Assembly: GCA_944325505.1 (NCBI GenBank)
Contig: CALVAJ010000009.1
Span: 2,862 to 66,861, forward strand
Reading direction: 5' to 3'
DNA: 64,000 bases
Source: an uncultured Bacteroidales bacterium
GTDB taxonomy: Bacteria > Bacteroidota > Bacteroidia > Bacteroidales > UBA932
Shown: positions 1 to 14,626 of the stretch, piece after piece
Position numbering within the stretch: the first letter of the stretch is position 1
How the letters are laid out: the number at the start of each line of letters is the position of its first letter
The notes under the pieces: model-generated
The model's input: only the letters and a program-made list of their open reading frames with translations
Database searches by the model: none
What the model was told of the DNA's origin: nothing
Made by a program: the position numbers and the translations under genes

Positions 1-274
1 AACGGTAACGATGGAAATCGGCAACGCAGTAAAAGAAGTGAAAGCCGGAAAAATCGATTTCAAAGTCGACAAGACCGGAATCGTACACGCAGCCATCGGA
101 AAGGCATCTTTCACTGCACAGCAGATCTGTGAAAACGCTCAGGAGCTGATCTCGGCTATCATGAAGCTCAAACCGCAGACTCTTAAGGGAACATATTTGA
201 TAAGTGCTTCTATCTGCACTACAATGAGTCCCGGAGTTAGTCTTGATATCAAATCATTCAGTAGTGCTGACTAA
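1..274 (+). CDS. rplA: 50S ribosomal protein L1, C-terminal part (5' end lies outside the window)
   Basis: The translation (KAGKIDFKVDKTGIVHAAIGKASF...) matches the L1 C-terminus. It sits directly upstream of rplJ-rplL-rpoBC. Confidence 0.9.
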   Translation, partial: TVTMEIGNAVKEVKAGKIDFKVDKTGIVHAAIGKASFTAQQICENAQELISAIMKLKPQTLKGTYLISASICTTMSPGVSLDIKSFSSAD

Positions 275-288
275 ATATATTCAATGTT

Positions 289-813
289 ATGAGAAAAGAA
301 GACAAAGCCCAGATAATTGAATCGATTTCAGCACAAATCCAGGAGACTCCGAATTTCTATGTTACGGACATCTCCGGTCTGAATGCTGAACAGACGACGA
401 AACTCCGTCGTGAATGCTTCGAAAAGAATATCAAACTCGTAGTAGTCAAGAATACTCTTTTCCACAAAGCGCTCACAAACATGGAGAATGAAGAGGTCAA
501 ACTCATTTTCCCTGCACTTGAAGGCCCTACAGCCATCATGTACACGGAGACCCCTAACGCTCCTGCCAAACTCATCAAAAAATATGCTGATGACGGCGCT
601 GAAAAGCCTGTACTCAAGGCAGCATATGTTCAGGAGTGCTCATTCGTAGGCGCTGACAAGCTTGGCGAACTGTGCAACATCAAGTCTCGTGAAGAGCTCA
701 TCGGTGATATCATCGGACTGCTCCAGTCACCTGCACGCAATGTCGTATCCGCTCTCCAGTCTGCTGGTGGCAAACTGGCTGGCATCGTCAAGACACTTTC
801 AGAAAGAGAATAA
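289..813 (+). CDS. rplJ: 50S ribosomal protein L10
   Basis: 174-aa ORF with L10-like sequence, in the conserved position between rplA and rplL. Confidence 0.92.
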   Translation: MRKEDKAQIIESISAQIQETPNFYVTDISGLNAEQTTKLRRECFEKNIKLVVVKNTLFHKALTNMENEEVKLIFPALEGPTAIMYTETPNAPAKLIKKYADDGAEKPVLKAAYVQECSFVGADKLGELCNIKSREELIGDIIGLLQSPARNVVSALQSAGGKLAGIVKTLSERE

Positions 814-842
814 TTAAGTAAACAAACTAAATAAATTAAATT

Positions 843-1223
843 ATGGCAGATATTAAAGCACTTGCAGAAGAGTTGGTTAACCTTTCTGTAAAAGACGTTC
901 AGGAACTCGCACAGATCCTCAAAGACGAGTATGGAATCGAACCTGCAGCAGCTGCAGTAGCAGTAGCAGGTCCTGCAGCCGGCGCAGGCGAGGCTGCAGC
1001 AGCAGAGCAGACTGAGTTCAATGTAATCCTCAAATCAGCAGGCCAGGCTAAACTCGGCGTAGTTAAAGCTGTTAAAGAGATTACAGGTCTCGGCCTCAAA
1101 GAGGCAAAGGATCTTGTAGACAAGGCTCCTGATGCTGTAATCAAAGAGAAAGTATCTAAAGCAGAGGCTGAGCAGATCAAAGCTGCCCTCGAAGAGGCTG
1201 GAGCAGAAGTTGAAGTTAAATAG
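843..1223 (+). CDS. rplL: 50S ribosomal protein L7/L12
   Basis: 126 aa with an Ala-rich hinge and a C-terminal domain ([24 protein letters not shown]) typical of L7/L12. Confidence 0.97.
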   Translation: MADIKALAEELVNLSVKDVQELAQILKDEYGIEPAAAAVAVAGPAAGAGEAAAAEQTEFNVILKSAGQAKLGVVKAVKEITGLGLKEAKDLVDKAPDAVIKEKVSKAEAEQIKAALEEAGAEVEVK

Positions 1224-1254
1224 CTTCACCTTCCCCCAGATGGGAAACTAAGTC

Positions 1255-1289
1255 AGGTTTAGGGTCTTGTAAGGCCCTAAACCTTTTTG
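1255..1289 (+). terminator. Hairpin plus T-run between rplL and rpoB (likely attenuator or partial terminator)
   Basis: AGGTTTAGGG-tcttgtaagg-CCCTAAACCT followed by TTTTT. An rplL-rpoB attenuator is a known feature of this cluster in bacteria. Confidence 0.6.
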
Positions 1290-1326
1290 TCGTATTTAAG
1301 TTTTTCTCTATACAAAGGCTGATAAG

Positions 1327-4300
1327 ATGTCTCTACAACCAAAAACACAGCGAATATCTTTCGCATCATCGAAAATTCTCCTTGAGTATCCTGACCTGCT
1401 GGAGGTACAGCTGAAATCGTTCCAGGATTTCTTCCAGCTGGATACTACACCGGAGAACAGGCGCAATGAAGGCCTGTACCAGGTGTTTCAGGAGATATTC
1501 CCGATCGAAGATACAAGAAACAATTACAAACTTGAATTCATCGATTATTTCATAGATCCGCCGCAGTATTCCATTGATGAATGCCTCGAGCGCGGATTGA
1601 CCTACAATGTGCCTCTGAAAGCGAAACTACGACTTTCCTGCAGTGATCCCGAGCATGAGGATTTCGACACAAGAGTCCAGGACGTATATCTTGGCAATAT
1701 CCCTTACATGACACCGGGAGGCACATTCATAATCAACGGTTCAGAAAGGATCATTGTTTCACAGCTTCACAGATCTCCCGGCGTATTCTTCGGACAGAGC
1801 GTACACGCAAACGGGACAAAACTGTATTCAGCCAGAATCATCCCGTTCAAGGGTTCATGGATAGAATTCGCGACTGACATCAACAATGTCATGTATGCAT
1901 ACATTGACCGCAAGAAAAAACTGCCTGTAACAACCCTGCTCAGAGCCATTGGATTCAACGGCGACAAGGACATTATAGACATATTCGGACTGGCAGACGA
2001 GATCGAGGCCACTCCAGAGGTCCTTAAAGCTAACGAGGGAAGGAAACTCGCGGCAAAAGTACTGAAAACATGGATTGAAGACTTCGTGGATGAGGACACG
2101 GGAGAAGTCATTCCCGTAGAAAGGACAATGCCTATCGTAGAACGTGGAGAAGTCCTTTGCGACGAGACGATACAGAAGCTTGCCGAAACTGATGTAAAGA
2201 CCATACTTCTGCAGAAAGAAGAGGCGAATGTCAATGAATACGCCATCATCTACAATACCCTGCAGAAAGACCCTACCAACACGGAAACCGAAGCTATCAA
2301 TTACATATACAAACAGCTCCGCAACTCTGAACCGCCTGATGAAGCTACGGCAAGGGATGTCATAGACAAACTGTTCTTCTCGGAGAAACGCTATGACCTC
2401 GGAGATGTCGGAAGGTACCGTCTCAACCAGAAACTGAATCTCAGCACACCGGACAATGTCCGCGTACTGACCAATACCGACATTATAGAAATCATAAAAT
2501 ACCTGATACTGCTGATCAACTCCAAGGCTACTGTCGACGATATCGACCACCTGAGCAACAGACGTATCAGGACTGTCGGCGAACAGCTTGCAAACCAGTT
2601 CAGCGTCGGCCTTTCAAGAATGGCAAGGACCATCCGCGAAAGGATGAACGTAAGGGACAGCGAGCAGTTCTCCCCTATCGACCTTATCAATGCAAAGACA
2701 CTGTCGTCAGTCATAAATTCCTTCTTCGGCACCAGCCAGCTGTCACAGTTCATGGACCAGACCAATCCGCTTTCAGAGATGACCCACAAACGCCGTCTCT
2801 CTGCACTCGGACCTGGAGGTCTTTCCCGTGACCGCGCCGGATTCGAAGTCAGGGACGTGCATTATACACATTACGGCCGTCTGTGCCCTATCGAGACGCC
2901 GGAAGGCCCGAACATCGGTCTGATATCTTCTCTGTGCGTTTATGCAAGAATCAATGACCTCGGATTCATTGAGACGCCTTACCGCAAGGTAAAGGACGGC
3001 AAGGTTGACCTCAGCCACGACGGATGGGTCTACATGAGTGCTGAACAGGAGGAAAACAGGATGATCTCCCTTGCCAATGTCAAGATGGACAACGACGGGA
3101 ATATCCTCGAAGACAGGATACAGTGCCGTCTGGGAGCAGACTTCCCTGTCGTGACCAAAGACGAGGTAAACCTGATGGACGTAGCTCCGAACCAGATAGC
3201 GTCAGTGGCCGCATCCCTGATTCCGTTCCTTGAGCATGACGATGCACACAGGGCGCTGATGGGTGCGAACATGATGCGTCAGGCAGTTCCTCTGCTCAAT
3301 CCGGAGTCCCCGATCGTAGGAACCGGACTCGAAGAAAGGGTATGCCTTGACTCAAGGACGCAGATTACCGCCGAAAGGAAAGGTGAAGTCGTATACGTGG
3401 ATGCAAACGAGATCCATGTGAAATACGACCGTACGGACGATGAAAAATTCGTAAGCTTTTCTCCTGACATTACCGTATACAAACTTCCGATTTACAGGAG
3501 GACGAACCAGAGCACCACTATCCTGCTCAAACCGATTGTCCGGAAAGGCGATACCGTGGAGAAAGGCCAGATAATGACCGAAGGATATGCAACGCAGAAC
3601 GGAGAGCTTGCACTCGGAAGGAACCTGAAAGTGGCATTCATGCCTTGGAAAGGATACAACTACGAGGACGCCATCGTTCTGTCGGAAAGAATGATCCGCT
3701 GGGATATCCTTACCTCGGTACATGTAGACGAATACATCACTGAAGTGCGCGACACCAAGCGCGGAATGGAAGAACTGACATCCGATATTCCAAATGTCAG
3801 CGAAGACGCTACCAAAAACCTTGACGAGAACGGTATAATCAGGATCGGTGCACATATCGAACCGGGAGATATCATGATCGGCAAGATCACCCCTAAGGGA
3901 GAGAGCGACCCTTCTCCTGAGGAAAAGCTTCTGAGAGCCATCTTCGGAGACAAGGCAGGTGACGTGAAGGACGCATCGCTTAAGGCGACTCCGTCACTGA
4001 GCGGAACCGTAATAGGAACAGCCCTCTACTCAAAAGTGGCAAAAGAGAGCAACCGAAAAGGCGCAAAGGCCGACCAGAAGGCAAAAATCGACAAGATCGA
4101 GGAAGAATTCAACACGAAGGCGGAAGCACTCAGGACCAGGTTCCTCGACAAGCTTTCCGCACTTGTCGAAGGGAAGAAGAGCGCCGGAATCAGTGACCTC
4201 TACGGGGTCGAAATCATCCCTAAGGACAAGACCATCGCATTTGCCGATATCCGCGATATCGATTACGAGAACATAAACTCAAGCAAGTGGACTGCCGACA

Positions 4301-5148
4301 AGAATACCAATATGCTTGTCCGCGAACTGATCAACAACTACTGTATTGCCTACAAGGAAGCAGCAGCAAAACACCGCCGCGCGGTCGACAAGATCAAGGT
4401 GGGCGACGAACTTCCTAACGGGGTGATGCAGCTGGCCAAAGTCTACGTCGCCAAGAAAAGGAAAATCAGGGTCGGAGACAAGATGGCCGGACGCCACGGA
4501 AACAAAGGTATTGTCGCCAAAGTTGTAAGAGACGAGGATATGCCGTTCCTTGAGGATGGTACTCCTGTAGACATAGTCCTCAACCCTCTCGGTGTGCCTT
4601 CCCGTATGAACCTCGGTCAGATATATGAGACCGTGCTCGGATGGGCAGGCGAAGAACTCGGACTCAAGTTCAGCACGCCGATCTTCGACGGTGCGAGCAT
4701 CGACAGCATCTGCCAGTACACCGACAAGGCAGGACTTCCACGATTCGGAAAGACCTACCTCAGGGACGGCGGTACCGGAGACTGGTTCGACCAGCCTGCT
4801 ACCGTAGGAGTGATCTATATGATCAAGCTCGGCCACATGGTAGATGACAAGATGCATGCAAGATCCATCGGACCTTACTCTCTGATAACCCAGCAGCCTC
4901 TCGGAGGAAAGGCACAGTTCGGCGGACAGAGATTCGGAGAGATGGAGGTGTGGGCTCTTGAAGCATTCGGAGCTTCCAACGTGCTGCAGGAAATCCTTAC
5001 TGTCAAGTCGGATGACGTAAACGGCAGGTCGAAGACCTACGAGGCCATCGTCAAAGGAGACCTGATGCCTACCCCTGGTATTCCGGAATCCCTCAACGTG
5101 CTGCTGCACGAACTCAGGGGCCTGGGACTCAAGGTTACATTGGACTAG
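1327..5148 (+). CDS. rpoB: DNA-directed RNA polymerase subunit beta
   Basis: 1273-aa ORF with canonical RpoB motifs (e.g. [23 protein letters not shown]-like region). Confidence 0.99.
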   Translation: MSLQPKTQRISFASSKILLEYPDLLEVQLKSFQDFFQLDTTPENRRNEGLYQVFQEIFPIEDTRNNYKLEFIDYFIDPPQYSIDECLERGLTYNVPLKAKLRLSCSDPEHEDFDTRVQDVYLGNIPYMTPGGTFIINGSERIIVSQLHRSPGVFFGQSVHANGTKLYSARIIPFKGSWIEFATDINNVMYAYIDRKKKLPVTTLLRAIGFNGDKDIIDIFGLADEIEATPEVLKANEGRKLAAKVLKTWIEDFVDEDTGEVIPVERTMPIVERGEVLCDETIQKLAETDVKTILLQKEEANVNEYAIIYNTLQKDPTNTETEAINYIYKQLRNSEPPDEATARDVIDKLFFSEKRYDLGDVGRYRLNQKLNLSTPDNVRVLTNTDIIEIIKYLILLINSKATVDDIDHLSNRRIRTVGEQLANQFSVGLSRMARTIRERMNVRDSEQFSPIDLINAKTLSSVINSFFGTSQLSQFMDQTNPLSEMTHKRRLSALGPGGLSRDRAGFEVRDVHYTHYGRLCPIETPEGPNIGLISSLCVYARINDLGFIETPYRKVKDGKVDLSHDGWVYMSAEQEENRMISLANVKMDNDGNILEDRIQCRLGADFPVVTKDEVNLMDVAPNQIASVAASLIPFLEHDDAHRALMGANMMRQAVPLLNPESPIVGTGLEERVCLDSRTQITAERKGEVVYVDANEIHVKYDRTDDEKFVSFSPDITVYKLPIYRRTNQSTTILLKPIVRKGDTVEKGQIMTEGYATQNGELALGRNLKVAFMPWKGYNYEDAIVLSERMIRWDILTSVHVDEYITEVRDTKRGMEELTSDIPNVSEDATKNLDENGIIRIGAHIEPGDIMIGKITPKGESDPSPEEKLLRAIFGDKAGDVKDASLKATPSLSGTVIGTALYSKVAKESNRKGAKADQKAKIDKIEEEFNTKAEALRTRFLDKLSALVEGKKSAGISDLYGVEIIPKDKTIAFADIRDIDYENINSSKWTADKNTNMLVRELINNYCIAYKEAAAKHRRAVDKIKVGDELPNGVMQLAKVYVAKKRKIRVGDKMAGRHGNKGIVAKVVRDEDMPFLEDGTPVDIVLNPLGVPSRMNLGQIYETVLGWAGEELGLKFSTPIFDGASIDSICQYTDKAGLPRFGKTYLRDGGTGDWFDQPATVGVIYMIKLGHMVDDKMHARSIGPYSLITQQPLGGKAQFGGQRFGEMEVWALEAFGASNVLQEILTVKSDDVNGRSKTYEAIVKGDLMPTPGIPESLNVLLHELRGLGLKVTLD

Positions 5149-5179
5149 TTTATACACAGACAATTAGAAATATTGGGAT

Positions 5180-9424
<4,245 letters not shown>

Positions 9425-9442
9425 GATTTTCCTGCTCCACGT

Positions 9443-9485
9443 AAATAATAATGGCTGGCCCGCAAAGGTCAGCCATTATTATTTT
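9443..9485. terminator. Bidirectional rho-independent terminator shared by convergent rpoC and folD
   Basis: AAATAATAATGGCTG-ggcccgcaaaggt-CAGCCATTATTATTT. A/T runs on both sides give a U-tail on either strand. Confidence 0.75.
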
Positions 9486-9501
9486 CATCTGGGAAATACG
9501 G

Positions 9502-10353
9502 CTACTGCCCCATCTTCTTCAGGAAACACTCGATAGTGTTCTCCATCAGGCAGCAGATGGTCATAGGACCGACTCCGCCCGGGACAGGTGTGATTACCGA
9601 TGCTTTCGGCTCGATGGCAGCGAAGTCGACATCACCGCAGAGCTTGCCCGTGACAGGGTCCCGGTTGACTCCGACATCTATCACTGCAGCACCTTCGGCA
9701 ACCATATCGGCAGTCACAAATCTCGGCCTGCCGATAGCTACAACAAGGATTTCAGCCTGACGTGTAATGGAAGGAAGGTCGACAGTCCTGCTGTGGGCAA
9801 TCGTCACCGTGGCGTTCTCGTCAAGAAGAAGCTTGGCGACAGGAAGGCCCACAATGTTGCTGCGGCCGATAACCACTGCCCTTTTGCCTTTGATCTCCAC
9901 ACCTGCAGCCTTCAGCATCTTGATGATCCCTTTAGGAGTACACGGAAGGACACACGGCTGTTTCTGCCAGAGGGCAGCTACATTCAACGGATGGAAACCG
10001 TCCACATCCTTTGCCTTGGATATGGTCTCTATTACTTTGGCCTCGCTGATATGGTCCGGAAGCGGGAGCTGGACGAGAATCCCGTCAACGGTATCATCTT
10101 CGTTAAGCTGCCTGATGAGATCCAGAAGTTCTGCTTCCGATATGTCGGCAGGCTTGCGTATTGTAGTGTTCCTTATTCCTACGACCTCGGAAGCCTTTGC
10201 CTTGCCTGTCACATACGACACGCTCGCAGGGTCATCCCCGACAAGAATGACAACCAGATGTGGCACCCTGCCGTATTTTTCAGGAAAGGCGGCCACCTGC
10301 TGCGCCATCTCCGCCTTCAGTTTAGCTGATAATTCTTTACCGCTTATTATCAT
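9502..10353 (-). CDS. folD: Bifunctional methylenetetrahydrofolate dehydrogenase/methenyl-THF cyclohydrolase
   Basis: 283 aa with FolD-like sequence (ASVSYV..K.KA, GRSNIVG.P, TPVPGGVGPMT). Confidence 0.95.
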   Translation of the reverse strand: MIISGKELSAKLKAEMAQQVAAFPEKYGRVPHLVVILVGDDPASVSYVTGKAKASEVVGIRNTTIRKPADISEAELLDLIRQLNEDDTVDGILVQLPLPDHISEAKVIETISKAKDVDGFHPLNVAALWQKQPCVLPCTPKGIIKMLKAAGVEIKGKRAVVIGRSNIVGLPVAKLLLDENATVTIAHSRTVDLPSITRQAEILVVAIGRPRFVTADMVAEGAAVIDVGVNRDPVTGKLCGDVDFAAIEPKASVITPVPGGVGPMTICCLMENTIECFLKKMGQ

Positions 10354-10400
10354 AGTATCCCTTAAAATTATTAATCCCTGAAATTCCTCTTTATTCCATG

Positions 10401-10523
10401 TATAAACTAAATAAAAAGAGGAATTTTAAGGCGTCCGAAGATCCGGAAGCCGGAGTTACCTGCCGGTAATGAGGATTTCCGGAACAAGGACAACGAGAAA
10501 ATTACCTTTTTATTTAGTTTATA
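10401..10523. repeat. 123-bp palindromic element in the purD-folD gap (18-bp perfect arms)
   Basis: TATAAACTAAATAAAAAG (10401-10418) is the exact reverse complement of CTTTTTATTTAGTTTATA (10506-10523). The interior has small GC hairpins (TCCGG-aag-CCGGA, TTACC-tgcc-GGTAA). The right arm overlaps the purD stop codon. Confidence 0.8.
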
Positions 10524-11793
10524 AGACGCGCCAGCCGATATCACGGCGATAGAACAGATTATCACACTTGATCTTACCTACTGCTTCCAGAGCCTTGTCA
10601 TGTGCAGACTTGAGTGTATCACCCGAGCCGATAACCATCAGGACACGGCCTCCGGCAGTAAGTATCTTCCCTTCTTTTTCAGCTGTTCCCATGTGGTAGA
10701 TCCTCACATCCTGGTCTGAAAGCGCATCTTCAAGGCCTTCAATGACATGCCCTTTATCATAAGAGCCCGGATAGCCTTTGGAAGCCATGACAAATCCCAT
10801 GGAAGACTTTGCTTCCCACTTGATTTCAGGCATAGGACCGCCATCGGCAACAGCCGAGAATATGTCATAGATATCGGATTTCAGGAGAGGCAGCACCACT
10901 TCTGTTTCAGGATCTCCGAAACGGCAGTTGAATTCAATGACCTTGATGCCGGAAGGGGTCTTCATCAGGCCTCCGTAGAGAACGCCTTTGAAAGGACGGC
11001 CTTCCTTGACCATTGCAGAAGCTACCGGTTTCATGATATGCTCCATAGCATATTCCTTGTCTTCATCGGAGATGAACGGGAGCGGAGAATACGCACCCAT
11101 TCCACCGGTATTCGGGCCCTTGTCACCTTCGTATGCCCTCTTGTGATCCTGGGAAAGTGCCATAGGATAGACCTTCTCGCCATCTACGAAGCACATGAAC
11201 GAGAATTCGGGGCCGGTAAGGAATTCCTCCACCACGACCTTGCCTTTGCCGAACTTGTCATCGAGAAGCATATCCTTGAGTGTATGCTCAGCCTCTTCGA
11301 AAGTCTCGGGAATCACTACCCCTTTCCCGGCTGCAAGCCCGTCATATTTCAAAACGACAGGGAATGAGCCGTTCCGGACATATTCCAGAGCGGCATCGTA
11401 GTCCTCAAATGTGCGGTATGCGGCAGTCGGGACATTGTATTTGGCCATCAGCTGTTTGGCGAAATCCTTGCTGGATTCGATGACGGCCGCAGCTTTGGAC
11501 GGGCCGAAGATACGCAGCCCGGCGGCAGTGAACACGTCCACAATCCCGGCGGCAAGCGCCACCTCCGGTCCTACGACCGTAAGGTTCACTCCCTTTTCAC
11601 GGGCAAAGTCCCTCAGCTGTTCGACCTGTGTCTCTTTGAGCGGGACACACTCCGCCTGGGCGGCAATCCCGGCATTGCCAGGAGCGCAGTATATCTTGCC
11701 TACCTGCGGCGAACGGGAAAGTGCGTCCACTATCGCGTGACAGCGACCGCCGCCGCCGACCACCAGGACAACAGCCTCTTTCGGATGCTCCAT
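10519..11793 (-). CDS. purD: Phosphoribosylamine-glycine ligase
   Basis: PurD-like ATP-grasp sequence. I chose the start at MEHPKEAVVLVVGGGGR (ATG at 11793, preceded by AAAGGAG). The ORF is open up to 11871, so the start is uncertain. Confidence 0.93.
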   Translation of the reverse strand: MEHPKEAVVLVVGGGGRCHAIVDALSRSPQVGKIYCAPGNAGIAAQAECVPLKETQVEQLRDFAREKGVNLTVVGPEVALAAGIVDVFTAAGLRIFGPSKAAAVIESSKDFAKQLMAKYNVPTAAYRTFEDYDAALEYVRNGSFPVVLKYDGLAAGKGVVIPETFEEAEHTLKDMLLDDKFGKGKVVVEEFLTGPEFSFMCFVDGEKVYPMALSQDHKRAYEGDKGPNTGGMGAYSPLPFISDEDKEYAMEHIMKPVASAMVKEGRPFKGVLYGGLMKTPSGIKVIEFNCRFGDPETEVVLPLLKSDIYDIFSAVADGGPMPEIKWEAKSSMGFVMASKGYPGSYDKGHVIEGLEDALSDQDVRIYHMGTAEKEGKILTAGGRVLMVIGSGDTLKSAHDKALEAVGKIKCDNLFYRRDIGWRVL

Positions 11794-11882
11794 TTCGACT
11801 CCTTTCACGATTTTGGTATAGACTGCAGCATGGCCGTCAGGTCCTGGCTGCAGATGGTTTATTATTTCCATTATAAATTCCT

Positions 11883-13433
11883 TTAATGCTTAAAATGGCG
11901 CATACCGGTAAACAGCATCGCAATGCCGCATTCGTTGGCCTTGACGATAGAATCATTGTCGCGGATGCTGCCGCCCGGCTGGACAATGGCTTTCACTCCG
12001 TATTCCGCTGCCGTAGTTACACAGTCATCGAACGGGAAGAAACCGTCGGATGCCAGCACAAGACCTGCCTTGCGGACATCTTCACCTTTTTCCTTATAAG
12101 CAGCCTCCGCCTCTTTCAAGGCAATTTCGGCTGAGCCGATACGGTTCATCTGGCCGGCGCCTACTCCGAGGGTCATGCCGTTCTTCACGACTACTATAGC
12201 GTTGGATTTCACGTGTTTTACGATTCTCCATGCAAAGTTCAGGTCTGCCATTACGGACTCGTCCGGCTTGGTTTCGGTGACGCACATTTCGGGAACTACA
12301 GTCTTGGTAGTGAGGTCCTGGTCCTGTACGAGAAGACCGCCGTTCATGCTGACATATTGCTTATGAGGAGTGTTGTCCTTTGTCATGTCGACTTTCAGCA
12401 GGCGGAGATTCTTCTTGGTGCAGAGGACTTCAAGCGCTTCCGGAGTGAATGACGGAGCCATGATGATTTCAAGGAATACAGGTTTCATGAGAAGGGCGGC
12501 CTCCTTGTTGATTTCCTGATTGGTAGCCACTATTCCGCCAAAGATGCTGACCTTGTCAGCCTCGAATGTCTTCTGCCATGCTTCCACTACATCTTTTCCG
12601 ATGGCGGCACCGCACGGATTCATGTGCTTGAGACCTACGCAGAAAGGCTCGTCGAATTCACGGACAATATTGAGGGCGGCATTGGCGTCCTGGATATTGT
12701 TGTAGGAGAGTTCCTTGCCGTTAAGCTGCTCTGCAGTAGCGAGAGAGAATGGCACTTTCTCCATTGAGGCATAGAACCTGGCCTCCTGATGAGGGTTTTC
12801 ACCATAGCGGAGCGACTGCCTGAGGTCGTATTCAAGGAAGAGTTTTTCATTCAGCCCGGCCTGTTTCCTCATGTAGGAAGCGATCATCATGTCGTACTCT
12901 GCAGTATGGGTATAAGCCTTGGCCGAGAGCTTCAGACGGGTCTCCGGAGTGGTATTCCCCGTGTTCTTGATCTCGTCTATGACAGTCTGATAATCAGAAG
13001 GGTCGCATACGACTGTGACATCTTTCCAGTTCTTGGCCGCACTGCGGAGCATTGAAGGGCCTCCGATATCGATGTTCTCGATGGCGTCGGCCATGGTGAC
13101 ATCCGGCTTGGAAATGGTCTGTTTGAAAGGATAGAGATTTACGCATACCATGTCGATATACTCTATCCCGTTCTCTTTCAGTTCCTTGCGATGGCTTTCC
13201 AGATCGCGTCTGCCCAGAAGGGCACCATGAACTTTCGGATGAAGGGTCTTGACCCTTCCGTCACAGATTTCAGGGAAGCCTGTTATCTCACTGATGTTGA
13301 TTACTTTAAGTCCGGCTTCCTGAAGGAGTTTCATTGTTCCTCCGGTAGCTATTATCTCCCAACCGAGGGATTCGAGGGCGGCAGCGAATTTGGCGACGCC
13401 CTGCTTATCACTTACAGAAAATAATGCTCGCAT
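11883..13433 (-). CDS. purH: Bifunctional AICAR transformylase/IMP cyclohydrolase
   Basis: PurH-like sequence from MRALFSVSDKQG. The upstream extension of the ORF to 13529 runs through a palindromic repeat and is not credible coding. Confidence 0.95.
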   Translation of the reverse strand: MRALFSVSDKQGVAKFAAALESLGWEIIATGGTMKLLQEAGLKVINISEITGFPEICDGRVKTLHPKVHGALLGRRDLESHRKELKENGIEYIDMVCVNLYPFKQTISKPDVTMADAIENIDIGGPSMLRSAAKNWKDVTVVCDPSDYQTVIDEIKNTGNTTPETRLKLSAKAYTHTAEYDMMIASYMRKQAGLNEKLFLEYDLRQSLRYGENPHQEARFYASMEKVPFSLATAEQLNGKELSYNNIQDANAALNIVREFDEPFCVGLKHMNPCGAAIGKDVVEAWQKTFEADKVSIFGGIVATNQEINKEAALLMKPVFLEIIMAPSFTPEALEVLCTKKNLRLLKVDMTKDNTPHKQYVSMNGGLLVQDQDLTTKTVVPEMCVTETKPDESVMADLNFAWRIVKHVKSNAIVVVKNGMTLGVGAGQMNRIGSAEIALKEAEAAYKEKGEDVRKAGLVLASDGFFPFDDCVTTAAEYGVKAIVQPGGSIRDNDSIVKANECGIAMLFTGMRHFKH

Positions 13434-13464
13434 ATTGTTATAATTATTTAATTCTTTAACCGGC

Positions 13465-13553
13465 AGCAGTATGCAGATATAATGCAACCCCCGCCGGCAA
13501 AGCCGGCACCCCCTAGCCGGGGGCGGCACGTCACATTATATCTGCATACTGCT
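13465..13553. repeat. 89-bp palindromic element in the purM-purH gap (20-bp perfect stem, GC-rich interior)
   Basis: AGCAGTATGCAGATATAATG (13465-13484) is the exact reverse complement of CATTATATCTGCATACTGCT (13534-13553). The interior contains GCCGGC-aaa-GCCGGC. No U-run follows on the transcribed strand. Confidence 0.8.
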
Positions 13554-13571
13554 TTCATACAAAAAAAATGA

Positions 13572-14597
13572 TTATTTTATAAGCACACCGGGCTGGTCGG
13601 TAATGCGGCCGATGACCGATGCCTTTTCCCCATGGGACTGCAGTATGGAAACGGCCTTGTCCGCTTCGGACTCGTCGAGGGCGAGGACCATACCGATACC
13701 CATATTGAATATATTGAACATCTCCCTGTGCGCCACCTTGCCGTATTTCTCCAGGAACCGGAAGATAGGAAGGATTTCCCATGAGCCTTCGTTTATCTCT
13801 ATCCCCTGTCCTTCATGAAGAATGCGCGGGATATTCTCGTCGAATCCGCCGCCGGTGATATGGGCCACGCCATGGACATCGCAGTTGCGGATGACATCGA
13901 GAACCTGCTTTACGTATATCCTTGTAGGGGTAAGAGCCACCTCTCCGAGTACACGGCCCCCGAGCTCAGGATATGAAGCATGGAGGTCAAGGTTGTTGTC
14001 AGAAAAGATCTTGCGCACAAGACTGAAACCGTTGGAATGAACACCCGAAGAAGCTATTCCTACGAGGACATCCCCGACCTTCACTTTCGACCCGTCGATC
14101 AGTTTTGATTTCTCGACGACCCCGGTAGTATAGCCGGCAATATCATATTCACCGTCAGAATACATGCCTGGCATTTCGGCAGTCTCGCCGCCTACAAGCG
14201 CACATCCTGCCTGACGGCAGCCTTCCGCGACTCCTGCCACAATGGCTTCGATCTTTGCGGGTTCATTGTGGCCTACAGCCACATAATCAAGGAAGAAAAG
14301 AGGCTCAGCCCCCTGTGCAAGCACGTCATTGACACACATGGCCACCGCATCGATTCCGATGGTGTCATGCTTGTCCATCGCAAATGCTATCTTGAGCTTG
14401 GTCCCGACTCCGTCCGTTCCGCTGACAAGGACAGGTTCTTTGACATTGAGGGCCGAAAGGTCGAACATTCCGCCGAACGACCCGATGTTTCCCATCACGC
14501 CGAGGCGTGAAGTAGATGCGACATGACTCTTGATCCTGCGGACTACTTCGTAGCCTGCCTCAAGATTCACACCTGCTTTTTCGTAACTGACTGCCAT
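13572..14597 (-). CDS. purM: Phosphoribosylformylglycinamidine cyclo-ligase (AIR synthetase)
   Basis: 341 aa with PurM/AIRS-family sequence ([19 protein letters not shown]). Confidence 0.96.
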   Translation of the reverse strand: MAVSYEKAGVNLEAGYEVVRRIKSHVASTSRLGVMGNIGSFGGMFDLSALNVKEPVLVSGTDGVGTKLKIAFAMDKHDTIGIDAVAMCVNDVLAQGAEPLFFLDYVAVGHNEPAKIEAIVAGVAEGCRQAGCALVGGETAEMPGMYSDGEYDIAGYTTGVVEKSKLIDGSKVKVGDVLVGIASSGVHSNGFSLVRKIFSDNNLDLHASYPELGGRVLGEVALTPTRIYVKQVLDVIRNCDVHGVAHITGGGFDENIPRILHEGQGIEINEGSWEILPIFRFLEKYGKVAHREMFNIFNMGIGMVLALDESEADKAVSILQSHGEKASVIGRITDQPGVLIK

Positions 14598-14626
14598 AAT
14601 CTTATAGTTTTATTAATATTATATTT

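Noticed and set aside
9451-10381. Long antisense ORFs opposite folD (292 and 204 aa). Similar shadow ORFs lie opposite purK (20739-22019), ahcY (45847-47241), lgt (62244-63134), purL, rpoB and rpoC.
   Set aside because: They are mirror-frame ORFs inside well-supported genes, with Arg/Ser/Pro-rich compositions and no family resemblance.
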